A DNA stretch of 64,000 nt from Bacteroidales bacterium (GCA_016715075.1 JADKBK010000024.1:121-64120), one strand, 5' to 3'. Counted from the stretch's first letter, positions 20,187 through 31,210 are shown. Notes: generated by a model not told the origin, from the letters alone. Translations and numbers: made by a program.

Positions 20187-20293
20187 TCGAAAATTGATTT
20201 TCTTCGTTTACCCCGACCCCAGGGGGAGCGAAGAAAATCAATTTACTGCCGCCTAAGCGGCATGGGGTAAAGAAATTGATTTTCGAGCGGCAG
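20187..20293. repeat. repeat set forming mutually exclusive hairpins (AAATTGATTTTC x2 direct, x1 inverted; CTGCCGC/GCGGCAG)
   Basis: 16-bp perfect stem 20191-20206 / 20229-20244. Alternative 12-bp stem 20233-20244 / 20273-20284 enclosing TGCCGC-ctaa-GCGGCA (20247-20262). CTGCCGC (20246-52) is also complementary to GCGGCAG (20287-93). Confidence 0.55.
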
Positions 20294-20418
20294 TTATGAG
20301 AGTTAATATTTTTGAAGTTCCTACTATTTTTTAGGTTGGGGACTTTGCGGTTAATCGGAATTAATATTTAAGACAGGCACCAGACCTGTTTATAATGAAT
20401 CATATATAGAAAGTAAAG

Positions 20419-23083
20419 ATGGACTACAATTTTCACGACATAGAAAAAAAGTGGCAGAAATACTGGGAAGAGAACAAAACCTTCAAAACACCCGAAGACC
20501 TGACAAATCCCAAAAAATGCTATATCCTGGATATGTTTCCTTATCCATCCGGAGCAGGTTTGCACGTAGGCCATCCGGAGGGATATACAGCGACAGATAT
20601 TTTCAGCAGGTATAAGAGGATGAAGGGATTCAATGTACTCCACCCGATGGGTTGGGACGCATTTGGTCTTCCCGCTGAACAATACGCTATTCAGACAGGC
20701 ACACATCCTTCAATTACAACAAGGAACAACTGCGACACCTTCAGACGACAGATCAAAGAGCTGGGGTTAAGCTATGACTGGGACAAAGAGATTAACACTA
20801 CCGATCCCGGCTATTTCAAATGGACACAATGGATCTTCATCCATCTCTATAATACATGGTTTGATGATAAGCTCCAGAAAGGCAGACCGATTTCGGAACT
20901 GCCCGTTCCTGAAAACATATCAAAACTGGGAAAGAAGGAGACTGTTAAATTTATCGATTCAAAAAGACTCGCATATTACGACAACGCACAGGTGTGGTGG
21001 TGCCCCAGCTGCAGGATAGTGTGCGCCAACGAGGAGGTGCTCACTGACGGATCACATGAGAAATGTGGTAACAGGGTTGAGAAGAAAAATCTTAAACAGT
21101 GGATGCTCAGGATCCAGCTCTATGCCGAAAGACTGCTGAAGGGCATTGATAACCTTGAATGGCCGGAAGGGATCAAGGATATGCAGAGAAACTGGATAGG
21201 CCGGTCGACAGGTGCAGAGGTTGATTTCAGACTCGACGGACTGAACGAAAAAGTCAGGGTCTTTACAACACGTCCTGATACACTTTTCGGCGCAACTTAT
21301 ATGGTTCTTGCTCCGGAACATCCCCTGACCGGCATTATTACCACTGAGGAATATAAGGCAAGCGTGGATGAATATATCAGAGCCACTTCGCTTAAATCCG
21401 ATCTTGACAGAACTGATCTTTCAAAGGATAAAACCGGAGCTTTCACCGGCAGATATGCAATTAATCCGGTTAACAATAAGAAAATACCTGTCTGGATTGC
21501 AGACTATGTTCTCACAGGGTATGGTACCGGTGCTATAATGGCAGTTCCCGCACACGATACAAGGGACTTCGAATTTGCCACGAAATTCAAACTCCCGATA
21601 ATATGTATTCAGGATCCTGATGTCAAAGACCCTGAGCAGCGGTCAAGAATCCTCAAAGCAGAAGAGTGCTGGACCGAAGACGGTAAATATATCAATTCAT
21701 CGGATAAATCAACGGGCATTGATATAAACGGGTTGAATAAGGAATCCGGCATATCACAAATAACCAAATGGCTTGAGTCTGAAAAACTGGGAAGTGCAAA
21801 GATCAATTATAAACTGCGTGACTGGCTTTTCAGCAGGCAGAGATACTGGGGTGAACCATTTCCTGTTATTCACTGGGAAGACGGGGAAATAAGCCTTCTT
21901 GATGAAGCAGATCTGCCCCTTGAACTGCCCGGAGCTTGAAAAATATCTTCCGGGAGAATCAGGAGAGTCTCCTCTTTCAAATTCTGATGAATGGCTTAGC
22001 GTTACAGATAAAAACGGCAGGAAAGGAAGAAGAGAAACCAATACTATGCCTCAGTGGGCAGGATCATGCTGGTATTATCTCAGGTTCATAGATCCGAAAA
22101 ATGACGAAATGATATTTGATCAGGCTAAGGAAAATTACTGGATGCCTGTAGATCTGTATATCGGAGGCGCTGAGCACGCTGTTCTGCACCTTCTCTACAG
22201 CCGTTTCTGGCATAAGGTATTATTTGATCTTGGAATAGTATCTACAGACGAACCATACAGAAGGCTCTTCAACCAGGGGATGATACTTGCTTTTGCCTAT
22301 GAAACGGAATCAGGGGCCAAAGTATCGGGTGAGTATGTTGAAGAACGCGACGGTAAATACTATCATAAAGAGACAAATGCAGAACTCAGGCAGATAGTTG
22401 CAAAGATGTCAAAATCACTGAAAAATGTGGTAAATCCTGATGATGTTGTCTCAAAATACGGGGCAGACTCATTGCGACTTTATGAGATGTTTATGGGCCC
22501 GCTGGATGTCACTAAGCCATGGGATGATAAAGGGGTCAAGGGTGTTTTCGGATTTCTTGGCAGGGCTTTCAGGTTCTTATCAAATCCTGAAAACATTGTT
22601 ACCGGGGAAGAGGATCCCGAGATTCTTAAAGGGCTTCATCAGACAATAAAAAAAGTGGAGGGAGATATTGAAAACCTCAGGTTCAATACTGCAATATCGG
22701 CCATGATGATCTTCCTTAACCTCGCAACTAAAAAAGGGAAAGTGACCTCTCAGACGGGGACCACCTTTATAAGTGTACTCTCTCCTTTTGCACCACATAT
22801 GGCTGAGGAATTATGGAGGTTATCGGGAAAGGTTGATTCACTCGCTTACGAACCATGGCCGGAGTTCAATGAAGAGTTCCTTAAAGAGGATAATTTTAAT
22901 TACCCTGTATCATTCAACGGAAAGATGAGATTCAATATCGAGCTCCCCGTTGACATGCCAAAGGAAGAGATAATCAGAATTGTTCTGGCTGATGAACGGG
23001 CACAGAAATGGCTTGGCAACAACCCGCCATCAAATATAATAGTTGTTCCTAACCGGATAGTTAATATAGTGGTTAAGAACTAA
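20419..23083 (+). CDS. leuS: leucine--tRNA ligase, reading frame broken by a 1-nt insertion near 21928-21932
   Basis: ORFs 20419..21939 and 21899..23083 are the N- and C-terminal parts of LeuRS ([12 protein letters not shown] motif; [13 protein letters not shown] motif). The junction reads ..LPLELP | [15 protein letters not shown] across CTG CCC G GAG. Confidence 0.9.
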
Positions 23084-23100
23084 ATAAGTCTCCATAATTG

Positions 23101-24411
23101 ATGGCTGTAATAACACAAATTAAAAATATTAAAATCTTAATGTCATTTAAAAATCTACTTTATAATATAAAGCTCTTCCGGGCTGATCAAATAATAATAT
23201 GTATTCTGTTTCTTACTCTTTATTCATGCAGGAATACCGGGAATACACATCCGGAACCGGTTGTAATGAGTGCAGATACTACTGCAGCGAAGGATACTGC
23301 TCCCCGTGAATTTCTTTACGGAATTCCGGTTGATTCATTTAATCAGGTAGCAGGCCGGATAAAACCTAACGGATTCCTTTCAGATATTCTTATGAAGCAT
23401 GGAGTAAGCATGACAGATATCGACATGGCTTTAAAGAATTCAAGGAGTGTATTTGATGTGAGAAGTGTACGCTCGGGGAATAATTATATTGTCCTGTGCG
23501 ACAGGGACAGTACTGCAAGGGCAAGGTATCTCGTTTATGAACATGATCCCACAACCTGTTACATCTTTAGTTTCAATGACTCTCTGAATATTACACCCTA
23601 CAAGAAGCAGATAAAGCGGACTATAAAATATGCATCAGGAACCATTGAAAGTTCCATGTGGGACGCTATGATCGGCGGAGGTCTTCACCCTTCACTGGCA
23701 ATTAGCCTGTCTGAGATCTTTGCCTGGACAGTTGATTTTTTCGGTTTGCAGAAAGGAGATGGCTTCAAGGTGATATATGAAGAGTTGTACATCGATGATA
23801 AATTGCTGAGCACAGGAAAAATTTATGCAGCCCAGTTCAGCAGAACGGGATCTGTTGTGACTGCCATCCCTTTTATCCAGGACAGCACAGAATCATATTT
23901 TGATGTAGACGGGGGAAGCCTGAGGAAAGCATTTCTTAAAGCTCCTCTTCAATTTTCAAGGATCAGCTCCCGGTTCTCATCAAGCAGGTTGCATCCCATA
24001 CTCCGGATTAGAAGGCCTCATTTCGGAGTCGACTATGCTGCCCCAATTGGAACACCCGTGCATGCTATCGGTGACGGGAGGGTCACTTCAATGACTATCG
24101 AAAGTGGTTCAGGCAGAATGGTAAAGATCCAGCACAACAGCGTTTACGCAACAGCTTATCTACACCTCAGCAGGTTTGGAGATGGTATTTCAGCCGGGGC
24201 ACATGTCAAACAGGGAGACATCATCGGCTTTGTCGGCAGCAGCGGATTGTCAACAGGACCTCATCTTGACTTCAGGTTCTATATGAACGGATCACCCGTA
24301 GATCCTCTCAAGGTGGATGCTCCTTCCGTTGAGCCGATCTCAGAGGAGAACAGGGAAAAGTTTGAAAAATGCAGGCTGGTGACACTCAGTCTTCTGGAAA
24401 CAATTAACTGA
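23101..24411 (+). CDS. M23-family metallopeptidase
   Basis: HFGVDYAAPIGTPVHAIGDGRV and GSSGLSTGPHLDFRF motifs. N-terminal TM/lipobox-like segment. Start uncertain (TTG 23098, ATG 23101 or ATG 23140). Confidence 0.85.
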   Translation: MAVITQIKNIKILMSFKNLLYNIKLFRADQIIICILFLTLYSCRNTGNTHPEPVVMSADTTAAKDTAPREFLYGIPVDSFNQVAGRIKPNGFLSDILMKHGVSMTDIDMALKNSRSVFDVRSVRSGNNYIVLCDRDSTARARYLVYEHDPTTCYIFSFNDSLNITPYKKQIKRTIKYASGTIESSMWDAMIGGGLHPSLAISLSEIFAWTVDFFGLQKGDGFKVIYEELYIDDKLLSTGKIYAAQFSRTGSVVTAIPFIQDSTESYFDVDGGSLRKAFLKAPLQFSRISSRFSSSRLHPILRIRRPHFGVDYAAPIGTPVHAIGDGRVTSMTIESGSGRMVKIQHNSVYATAYLHLSRFGDGISAGAHVKQGDIIGFVGSSGLSTGPHLDFRFYMNGSPVDPLKVDAPSVEPISEENREKFEKCRLVTLSLLETIN

Positions 24412-24985
24412 TATCAGGCAATTTAAGCACTAGTTCTTCTGTAATCCTGGGGAAATGCTCATATTCAAGCGCATGAACCTTCTGAGCCAGTGATTCAGGT
24501 GTTTCACCCTGATCAACTTTGCACCTGGCCTGAAAGATGACATCACCCTCATCATACAGATTATTAACGTAATGGATAGTAATTCCGGATTCCTGATCAT
24601 TATTGGCAATCACTGACCTGTGAACGACATCCCCGTACATTCCTTTTCCTCCGTATGCAGGCAGCAGTGCAGGGTGTATATTTATTATCCTGCCGTGGTA
24701 CTTATCTATAATGTTTCCGGGAATCAACCATAAAAATCCCGCCAGTACAATAAACTCAATTTCATATAAGTTCAGATAATCTGATACTACCCCTGAATCA
24801 TAAAAATCCTTATGGTCGAAAAATACGGCAGGAATGTTAAGTGCTTCTGCCCTTTTAAGTACCAAAGCCTGACGCTTATTTGAGAGCACTAATCTTACTT
24901 TAGCGCTGTTTTTGTTCGAAAAGTATCTAATTAAATTTTCTGCATTGGTCCCGGAACCAGAGGCAAAAATCGCTATATTCCTCAT
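24404..24985 (-). CDS. purN: phosphoribosylglycinamide formyltransferase
   Basis: IAIFASGSGTNAENL, INIHPALLPAYGG and the formyltransferase core. Confidence 0.9.
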   Translation of the reverse strand: MRNIAIFASGSGTNAENLIRYFSNKNSAKVRLVLSNKRQALVLKRAEALNIPAVFFDHKDFYDSGVVSDYLNLYEIEFIVLAGFLWLIPGNIIDKYHGRIINIHPALLPAYGGKGMYGDVVHRSVIANNDQESGITIHYVNNLYDEGDVIFQARCKVDQGETPESLAQKVHALEYEHFPRITEELVLKLPDIS

Positions 24986-25166
24986 ATATTGACAATTAGC
25001 TAAATCACTAAATATGCCTAAAATATATTAAAACAACTTTATTTTTCTAATTATCAATGCATTAAACAGTAGCATGAATAAAAAAACATCAAATCTCTTG
25101 AAAAATAAAGTACAAATATATTTCTTTGCAAGGTTCAAAAATTAATATTAATTAAAATTTATTATT

Positions 25167-25403
25167 ATGTCGGACATTGCCACGAGAGTAAAGGAAATTA
25201 TAGTTGACAAACTTGGAGTAGATGAATCTGAAGTAACTCCTGAAGCCAGCTTCACGAATGATTTGGGTGCAGATTCACTCGACACAGTTGAATTAATTAT
25301 GGAGTTTGAGAAAGAATTCAATATCGGAATTCCTGACGATCAGGCTGAAACCATCGGTACAGTTGGTGATGCTATCAAGTACATTGAGGAAAATGCAAAA
25401 TAG
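25167..25403 (+). CDS. acpP: acyl carrier protein
   Basis: 78 aa with the [16 protein letters not shown] phosphopantetheine attachment motif. Confidence 0.95.
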   Translation: MSDIATRVKEIIVDKLGVDESEVTPEASFTNDLGADSLDTVELIMEFEKEFNIGIPDDQAETIGTVGDAIKYIEENAK

Positions 25404-25426
25404 TTTGCATTTTTAAAAGCCAATTT

Positions 25427-26674
25427 ATGAGAAGAGTTGTAGTTACAGGCATTGGAGCACTAACTCCACTAGGTAATAATTTGCATGAATTCTGGGATGG
25501 ACTGGTAAATGGGGTCAGTGGTGCGAATATGATCACACGTTTTGATACAGAAAAGTTCAAGACTAAATTTGCCTGCGAATTAAAGAACTATGACTCTGCC
25601 AATTATTTTGACAGAAAAGAGGCCAATAAACTGGATTCATATGCTCAGTATGCCTTAATTACCACACAGGAGGCAATAACTGATTCAGGTATTAATCTGG
25701 AGAAAGTCGACAAAGACAGGGTTGGAGTAATCTGGGCCTCAGGTATCGGAGGCCTCGACACCTTTTTTCAGGCAATAAAGGGCCATGTCCTGGGAGACGG
25801 GACACCCCGGTTCAGTCCGTTCTTTATTCCCAAAATGATCGGAGATATTGCAGCAGGAGTTATATCTATTAAATACGGTTTCAGAGGGCCGAATTTTGGG
25901 ACCGTATCGGCATGTGCATCATCCACAAATGCCATTATTGATGCTATAAACTATATCCGCTGGGGAAAAGCTGACATTTTTGTTACAGGAGGTTCAGAAG
26001 CCTGTGTCAATGAACCCGGGATCGGAGGTTTCAATGCATTGCAGGCGCTTTCCACAAACAATGAGGAATTTAAAACTGCATCCAGGCCATTTGATAAAAC
26101 CAGGGATGGATTTGTACTTGGTGAAGGCGCTGGATCACTTATTGTTGAAGAGTATGAACATGCAAAAGCAAGAGGTGCCAGAATCTATGCTGAACTGGTT
26201 GGCACCGGACTGACTGCTGATGCTTATCATATGACAGCACCTCATCCGGAAGGACTCGGAGCAAGGAATGTAATGAGGCTTGCCATTGAGGATGCAGGTC
26301 TAACGATAGCCGATATTGATTATATTAACGTGCACGGGACAGCTACTCCGCTAGGCGATATTTCTGAAACAAAAGCCATTACAGAGGTATTCGGTGATCA
26401 GGCTTACAAACTTAACATCAGCTCAACAAAATCCATGACAGGCCATCTTCTTGGCGCCGCTGGCGCTGTTGAAGCCATTGCAGCTATCATGTCTGTTGTT
26501 CATGATATTGTGCCTCCTACGATTAATTTTAAGGTTCCTGACCCTGATATTGACCAGAATCTGAACCTTACTCTTAATAAATCACAGAAAAGAAAAGTCA
26601 ATGCTGCCATGAGCAACACATTCGGCTTTGGAGGTCATAATGCTTCTGTGGTAATCAAAAAATTCGAATCTTAG
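25427..26674 (+). CDS. fabF: beta-ketoacyl-ACP synthase II
   Basis: RVVVTGIG, active-site ACASS, HGTATPLGD and GFGGHNAS motifs. acpP-fabF-rnc synteny. Confidence 0.95.
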   Translation: MRRVVVTGIGALTPLGNNLHEFWDGLVNGVSGANMITRFDTEKFKTKFACELKNYDSANYFDRKEANKLDSYAQYALITTQEAITDSGINLEKVDKDRVGVIWASGIGGLDTFFQAIKGHVLGDGTPRFSPFFIPKMIGDIAAGVISIKYGFRGPNFGTVSACASSTNAIIDAINYIRWGKADIFVTGGSEACVNEPGIGGFNALQALSTNNEEFKTASRPFDKTRDGFVLGEGAGSLIVEEYEHAKARGARIYAELVGTGLTADAYHMTAPHPEGLGARNVMRLAIEDAGLTIADIDYINVHGTATPLGDISETKAITEVFGDQAYKLNISSTKSMTGHLLGAAGAVEAIAAIMSVVHDIVPPTINFKVPDPDIDQNLNLTLNKSQKRKVNAAMSNTFGFGGHNASVVIKKFES

Positions 26675-27414
26675 TGTCATTATTCGGTAGAAGAATTAAT
26701 GGTACTTACATATTGCCAAAACGGGAATTCAGTTCCCGTTTAAAGAAAATATTGGGATTCAAGCCCGGTAATCTCAAATTATATGAGATCGCCTTCATAC
26801 ACCGGTCAGCGACCTTTACAATGCCTGATGGCAAAAAGGTTAACAATGAAAGGCTTGAATATCTCGGGGATGCAGTGCTCGATGCAATCCTATCAGATTA
26901 CCTTTTTGAGAAATTCCCTGATGCTACCGAAGGCTTTATGACCAAAATACGATCACGAATGGTCAACAGGGAAATATTAAATCAGCTCGCTGTTTCAATG
27001 GGTATTAATAACATACTCATCAGCAATATTAGTTCGGTACAACCCACCAAAAATCTTTATGGCGATGCCCTGGAGGCATTGATTGGATCAGTTTTCCTTG
27101 ATAAAGGCTTCAAAAAGACAAAAAAGCTTTTCATCCGGAATGTTCTGAATAAATATCTTAATCTTGAGGTAATAATAAATACAGATACGGATTATAAAAG
27201 CCTTGTTTTTGAATGGGTTCAGAAGCATAAATCCAGTCTCATCTTCACGTATAATGAAGAGTATGATTTTAACCATAAAAAATCTGTCTTCTCCACTACC
27301 CTGATAATTGATAAGGAAGAGATGGGCGAAGGGCATGGATCATCAAAAAAAGAGGCGGAACAGGAAGCAGCCAGTCAGGCATGGAAGAGGCTTAAAGATA
27401 ATTACGGAGGTTAA
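26674..27414 (+). CDS. rnc: ribonuclease III
   Basis: RNase III signature ERLEYLGDAVLD and a C-terminal dsRBD (GSSKKEAEQEAA). The GTG start overlaps the fabF stop. Confidence 0.9.
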   Translation: MSLFGRRINGTYILPKREFSSRLKKILGFKPGNLKLYEIAFIHRSATFTMPDGKKVNNERLEYLGDAVLDAILSDYLFEKFPDATEGFMTKIRSRMVNREILNQLAVSMGINNILISNISSVQPTKNLYGDALEALIGSVFLDKGFKKTKKLFIRNVLNKYLNLEVIINTDTDYKSLVFEWVQKHKSSLIFTYNEEYDFNHKKSVFSTTLIIDKEEMGEGHGSSKKEAEQEAASQAWKRLKDNYGG

Positions 27415-27464
27415 TGAATAGTGTCCCGTTTTTTTCATAACTTTATCACCCCTACTGATAAAAG

Positions 27465-27905
27465 ATGAAGATAACGCGAAAAGTAACACGGGTAAAGCTT
27501 CAGATTGACCAGAAAGATGACTATGTCCTGCTTGGACTCGTTTCATCTGAACCCGACTATAAACTTTCGCTCACCCTAAATAAAAAATTCGGTATTTCGC
27601 TGAAGAACACTACTCCTGCAACCGTAGAAGGAGATAACGGATCAGAACTTTTGTTCAGCCGTTTCTCTGATAACCGGGAATCTCCAGACAGGGTATTCAA
27701 CCTTATTTCAAACAGGTCAGGCAAACAATTCCTTATCAGGAAACTCAAAAACATTGACTACATTTTACACCTTCACGATCCTGATAAAATAAATAATATA
27801 AGTCAGATAACTTTAAATCTCCGGGAAATTACAAGCATTACAGCAGTTTTCAATATTGATATTGATTCAATCAAAGATAAAAATCTACATTTTGTAATCC
27901 AATAG
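27465..27905 (+). CDS. IPExxxVDY-family protein (Bacteroidota conserved hypothetical)
   Basis: Size, position downstream of rnc, and the motif ..RKLKNIDYIL.. matching the IPExxxVDY pattern. Assignment from memory. Confidence 0.5.
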   Translation: MKITRKVTRVKLQIDQKDDYVLLGLVSSEPDYKLSLTLNKKFGISLKNTTPATVEGDNGSELLFSRFSDNRESPDRVFNLISNRSGKQFLIRKLKNIDYILHLHDPDKINNISQITLNLREITSITAVFNIDIDSIKDKNLHFVIQ

Positions 27906-27908
27906 AGT

Positions 27909-28412
27909 ATGGAAAACTTACATTTAAACCTTTCTGAAGAGGAGTTCTCAAAAGGAAGAAAGTTACTTCTCTGGGGCTTTTCAACAATGTTTTTTTTGGC
28001 AGGTGTATACGTCCTGATCACCAACATCGTATTCGGACATAAAAGCATCCCTCTGTTCATATCATTGATCACCTTCGGCATCAGTCTTTTTGTTGGAGCT
28101 ATTGCTGTGTTCGCATCAATCAGCAGAAAAGATCTTTTCTTTACCGTGAATGATGAAAAGATAGAATACAGGTTCGGTGTTTTCAATCCTAAGATACAAT
28201 CATTTAAATGGATTGATATAAAAGAGCTTATTATGCCTCCCAAGCAGAAGAAGGTGATTCTTCACATGAATGGAGGCTCCTCTTTTCTTATAAACCTTAA
28301 CTGGCTTGAGAAGAAAAAATCAGCTGCTGTCAGAAAGCAGATCTATATTGCGGCAAAAGAGAAGAATATTAAGGTTATTAAGGTAACAAACCTTCCGAAT
28401 AAGACCCGGTAA
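27909..28412 (+). CDS. membrane protein of unknown function (2 TM plus cytoplasmic domain)
   Basis: 167-aa ORF with two hydrophobic helices, 3 nt after the upstream gene, in the same orientation. Confidence 0.55.
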   Translation: MENLHLNLSEEEFSKGRKLLLWGFSTMFFLAGVYVLITNIVFGHKSIPLFISLITFGISLFVGAIAVFASISRKDLFFTVNDEKIEYRFGVFNPKIQSFKWIDIKELIMPPKQKKVILHMNGGSSFLINLNWLEKKKSAAVRKQIYIAAKEKNIKVIKVTNLPNKTR

Positions 28413-28482
28413 ATCAGATTCATTAACTCTGCAGGTGCATATTTAGAAGGATATTCCTTAAGTTGATATATATCAAAAAGGA

Positions 28483-28510
28483 GAGCCGCTACAAGAGCGG
28501 CTCACTTTTT
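28483..28510 (+). terminator. rho-independent terminator (bidirectional architecture)
   Basis: GAGCCGC-tacaaga-GCGGCTC followed by ACTTTTT and preceded by AAAAAGG. Confidence 0.7.
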
Positions 28511-28786
28511 GATAACCCTAAAACTAACCTAACCTATGAAAAAAACCTCTATTGCTTATATTTCAAATATCGTGCCAAAGCCTTTACAAAGGTATATTCC
28601 ATTAATTAAATAAAAAAATATATTTTTCTAAACTCCTGAATATTAACATATTTTTAATGAAATGTTAAATATATTTTATCCTTTTAACGGATAATTATAC
28701 AGGTACAATGGGAGGATTCTTCATAAGTTGTTAAAGAAAGTTAAAGGGCGGAAATGTAACAGATATACAAGTATTTTTGCATCAAT

Positions 28787-30343
28787 ATGAAGCGAAAAAC
28801 TATTGTTTTACTGGCAATATTTTTTTTCCTGGCTATCTCCGGGCTCATCCTTATACAATTATACTGGATTAGAAATGCAATCGCGATAACTGATCAGCAA
28901 TTCCGTTACCTTGCAAACAAGGCCCTTGAATCTGTGGTACTTGACCTTGAGGAAAAGGAGTTAATAAAGTATATAGTGGAGGATATAGATCCGGCCTCGA
29001 CAGATTCAATAACTGCAATAGTACCATCAAACTCCCCTCTGGCAAGAAAGCTGCACGGATATCAGCCTAATTCAACACTTCTCGAGATGTATGGGCTTAA
29101 CACCCCACGTGAACCAATAGCTATTACCAGTGCCGGCCATAAGATATTCATCTCGGCCGAAGACATCTCTCCCTATTCATCGGTTGAACAGGCAGAACCT
29201 TCCAGGCAGATAATCAATTCGGAAATCTCCGGAAGAGTCACCAATAAAATAGTGTTCCTTGAGAATATAATGGGCAAAATTCTTCGAAACACTCCTGATA
29301 TACGCGAACGGATTGAACCTGAGATACTCAACAAGCAACTCAGAATGGCCCTGAATAATGTAGGAATCTATCTCGATTATGAATTCTCAATACGATCAGG
29401 CCGGTTTGGAAACATCTGGAATACACCGGGATTTACTGACAAACCAGGTACAAATAAATTCATCATTCAACTTTTTCCCAATGACCCTGTCCCGAGTCAG
29501 AACCAGATTGTTCTCTACTGTCTCCAGGAACAACAGTATAAATTTGAGAAAATTGGAAATCTGGGCTTCCTGTCAATACTCTTCACAATGATTCTGCTTC
29601 TGCTGTCGGCAGGAACTTTTGTAGTGATTTTCCGACAGAAAAAAATTTCTGAAATAAGGAGTGATTTCATAAATAATATGACACATGAACTGAAAACTCC
29701 CATATCCACTATTTCACTTGCAGCGCAGATGATTGCCGATAAAACAATTTCAGATAAGAATAAGAACATAGATAATCTGGCACAGGTTATCTCAGATGAG
29801 AGCATGAGACTCAAATTCCAGGTGGAGAGAGTACTTCAGATGGCAATATTTGAGAGGATAAAAATGAAGCTTAACCGGGTTGAAACGAATGTTCATACGA
29901 TTACAGATAAGGCGGTTGATAATTTTAACCTCCAGATAGGGATGCTCAACGGAAAGATAGTGAAAGATTATCAGGCGACTGAATCACGTGCAATAATTGA
30001 TGAAATTCATATGTTAAATGCCATCTCAAACCTGATCGATAATGCCCTGAAATACTCCTACGACAAGCCATTTATCAGGATCTCCACACGCAATAGCCGG
30101 AAAGGTATCCTGATAACAATTGAGGATAGAGGAATCGGGATATCGGGAGAAGACCTAAGGAGGGTGTTTGATAAGTTTTACCGTGTACCCTCAGGAAATG
30201 TACATAAAGTGAAAGGATTCGGACTTGGATTGAGTTATGTAAAGAAGATAATTGAAGAGCATAACGGGAAGATAAAGGTTGACAGCCAGATAGGAAAGGG
30301 GACAAAATTCACGATTTTTCTTCCTCAGAATAGTCCCGGATAG
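28787..30343 (+). CDS. sensor histidine kinase
   Basis: N-terminal TM, a second TM (LGFLSILFTMILLLLSAGTFVVIF), H-box NMTHELKTPISTISL, N-box LIDNALKYS, and G-boxes DRGIGI and GFGLGLSYVKKI. Confidence 0.9.
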   Translation: MKRKTIVLLAIFFFLAISGLILIQLYWIRNAIAITDQQFRYLANKALESVVLDLEEKELIKYIVEDIDPASTDSITAIVPSNSPLARKLHGYQPNSTLLEMYGLNTPREPIAITSAGHKIFISAEDISPYSSVEQAEPSRQIINSEISGRVTNKIVFLENIMGKILRNTPDIRERIEPEILNKQLRMALNNVGIYLDYEFSIRSGRFGNIWNTPGFTDKPGTNKFIIQLFPNDPVPSQNQIVLYCLQEQQYKFEKIGNLGFLSILFTMILLLLSAGTFVVIFRQKKISEIRSDFINNMTHELKTPISTISLAAQMIADKTISDKNKNIDNLAQVISDESMRLKFQVERVLQMAIFERIKMKLNRVETNVHTITDKAVDNFNLQIGMLNGKIVKDYQATESRAIIDEIHMLNAISNLIDNALKYSYDKPFIRISTRNSRKGILITIEDRGIGISGEDLRRVFDKFYRVPSGNVHKVKGFGLGLSYVKKIIEEHNGKIKVDSQIGKGTKFTIFLPQNSPG

Positions 30344-30453
30344 GATAAATTGAAACAGCTGCAGACCCATGAACAGATCTTTTTTAACAAATTGTGCAAA
30401 TATCCCCTTAATAACAGGGAGGTATCATACCTTTGAAAATAAATTATACGCCA

Positions 30454-31140
30454 ATGAATAGTATCAGAATTCTTCTTGCAGAAGATGACACCAACCTGGG
30501 GATACTGTTAAAAAACTATCTCACCGCAAAGAATTACGAAACATTTCTGTATATAAATGGCATTCTTGCCCTGGATGCTTTTCGTAACAAGTCATTTGAC
30601 CTTTGTATTCTGGATATTATGATGCCTGAAATGGATGGGCTGACACTTGCCAGGGAGATCCGTCTTGCGAGTCCCGATATGCCGGTGATTTTTCTCACAG
30701 CAAAAAACCAGCAGGAGGATATTCTGGAGGGATTCAGGTCAGGAGCCGATGATTATATCACGAAGCCCTTCTCAATGGAGGAGCTGATTCTGAGGATTGA
30801 AGCCATTTTAAGGAGAACAACAGCTATTAGTTCTGCAAAAAAAGAGGAATTATATACAATCGGGAATTATACTTTCGATCCTCTTAAACAGATATTGACT
30901 CTTAAGGATCAGCATATCAAACTCACTACAAAGGAATCAGAGCTGCTTGAACTTCTTTGCCGGAACGAGAATCTGATCCTGGAACGCAATTTTGCACTTA
31001 AGGCAATCTGGATTGATGATAACTATTTTAATGCCAGGAGCATGGATGTCTACATCTCAAGGTTGAGAAAATATCTGGGCAAGGATCCATTGGTGAAGAT
31101 TGTTAACGTGCATGGAAGAGGTTACAAGCTGATTTGCTGA
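30454..31140 (+). CDS. OmpR/PhoB-family response regulator (RprY-like)
   Basis: The ATG at 30454 gives MNSIRILLAEDD. Receiver domain DLCILDIMMPEMDG. Winged-helix C-terminus (VHGRGYKL). Confidence 0.9.
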   Translation: MNSIRILLAEDDTNLGILLKNYLTAKNYETFLYINGILALDAFRNKSFDLCILDIMMPEMDGLTLAREIRLASPDMPVIFLTAKNQQEDILEGFRSGADDYITKPFSMEELILRIEAILRRTTAISSAKKEELYTIGNYTFDPLKQILTLKDQHIKLTTKESELLELLCRNENLILERNFALKAIWIDDNYFNARSMDVYISRLRKYLGKDPLVKIVNVHGRGYKLIC

Positions 31141-31154
31141 AGTTACTGAGATAT

Positions 31155-31185
31155 AAAACCCCGGTCATCAGAATAATGACCGGGG
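31155..31185 (-). terminator. rho-independent terminator of lepA
   Basis: 10-bp stem CCCCGGTCAT / ATGACCGGGG (31159-31185), followed on the minus strand by TTTT (31155-58), 26 nt after the lepA stop. Confidence 0.7.
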
Positions 31186-31210
31186 CGGGTATTAAGGTTA
31201 ATTGATCGGG

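Noticed and set aside
20041-20706. ORFs 20041..20241(-), 20049..20270(+), 20368..20706(-) around the leuS upstream region
   Set aside because: The first two run through the CACAAAG and AAATTGATTTTC repeat elements. The third is antisense to the leuS 5' end. None has a recognisable family or a plausible start context.
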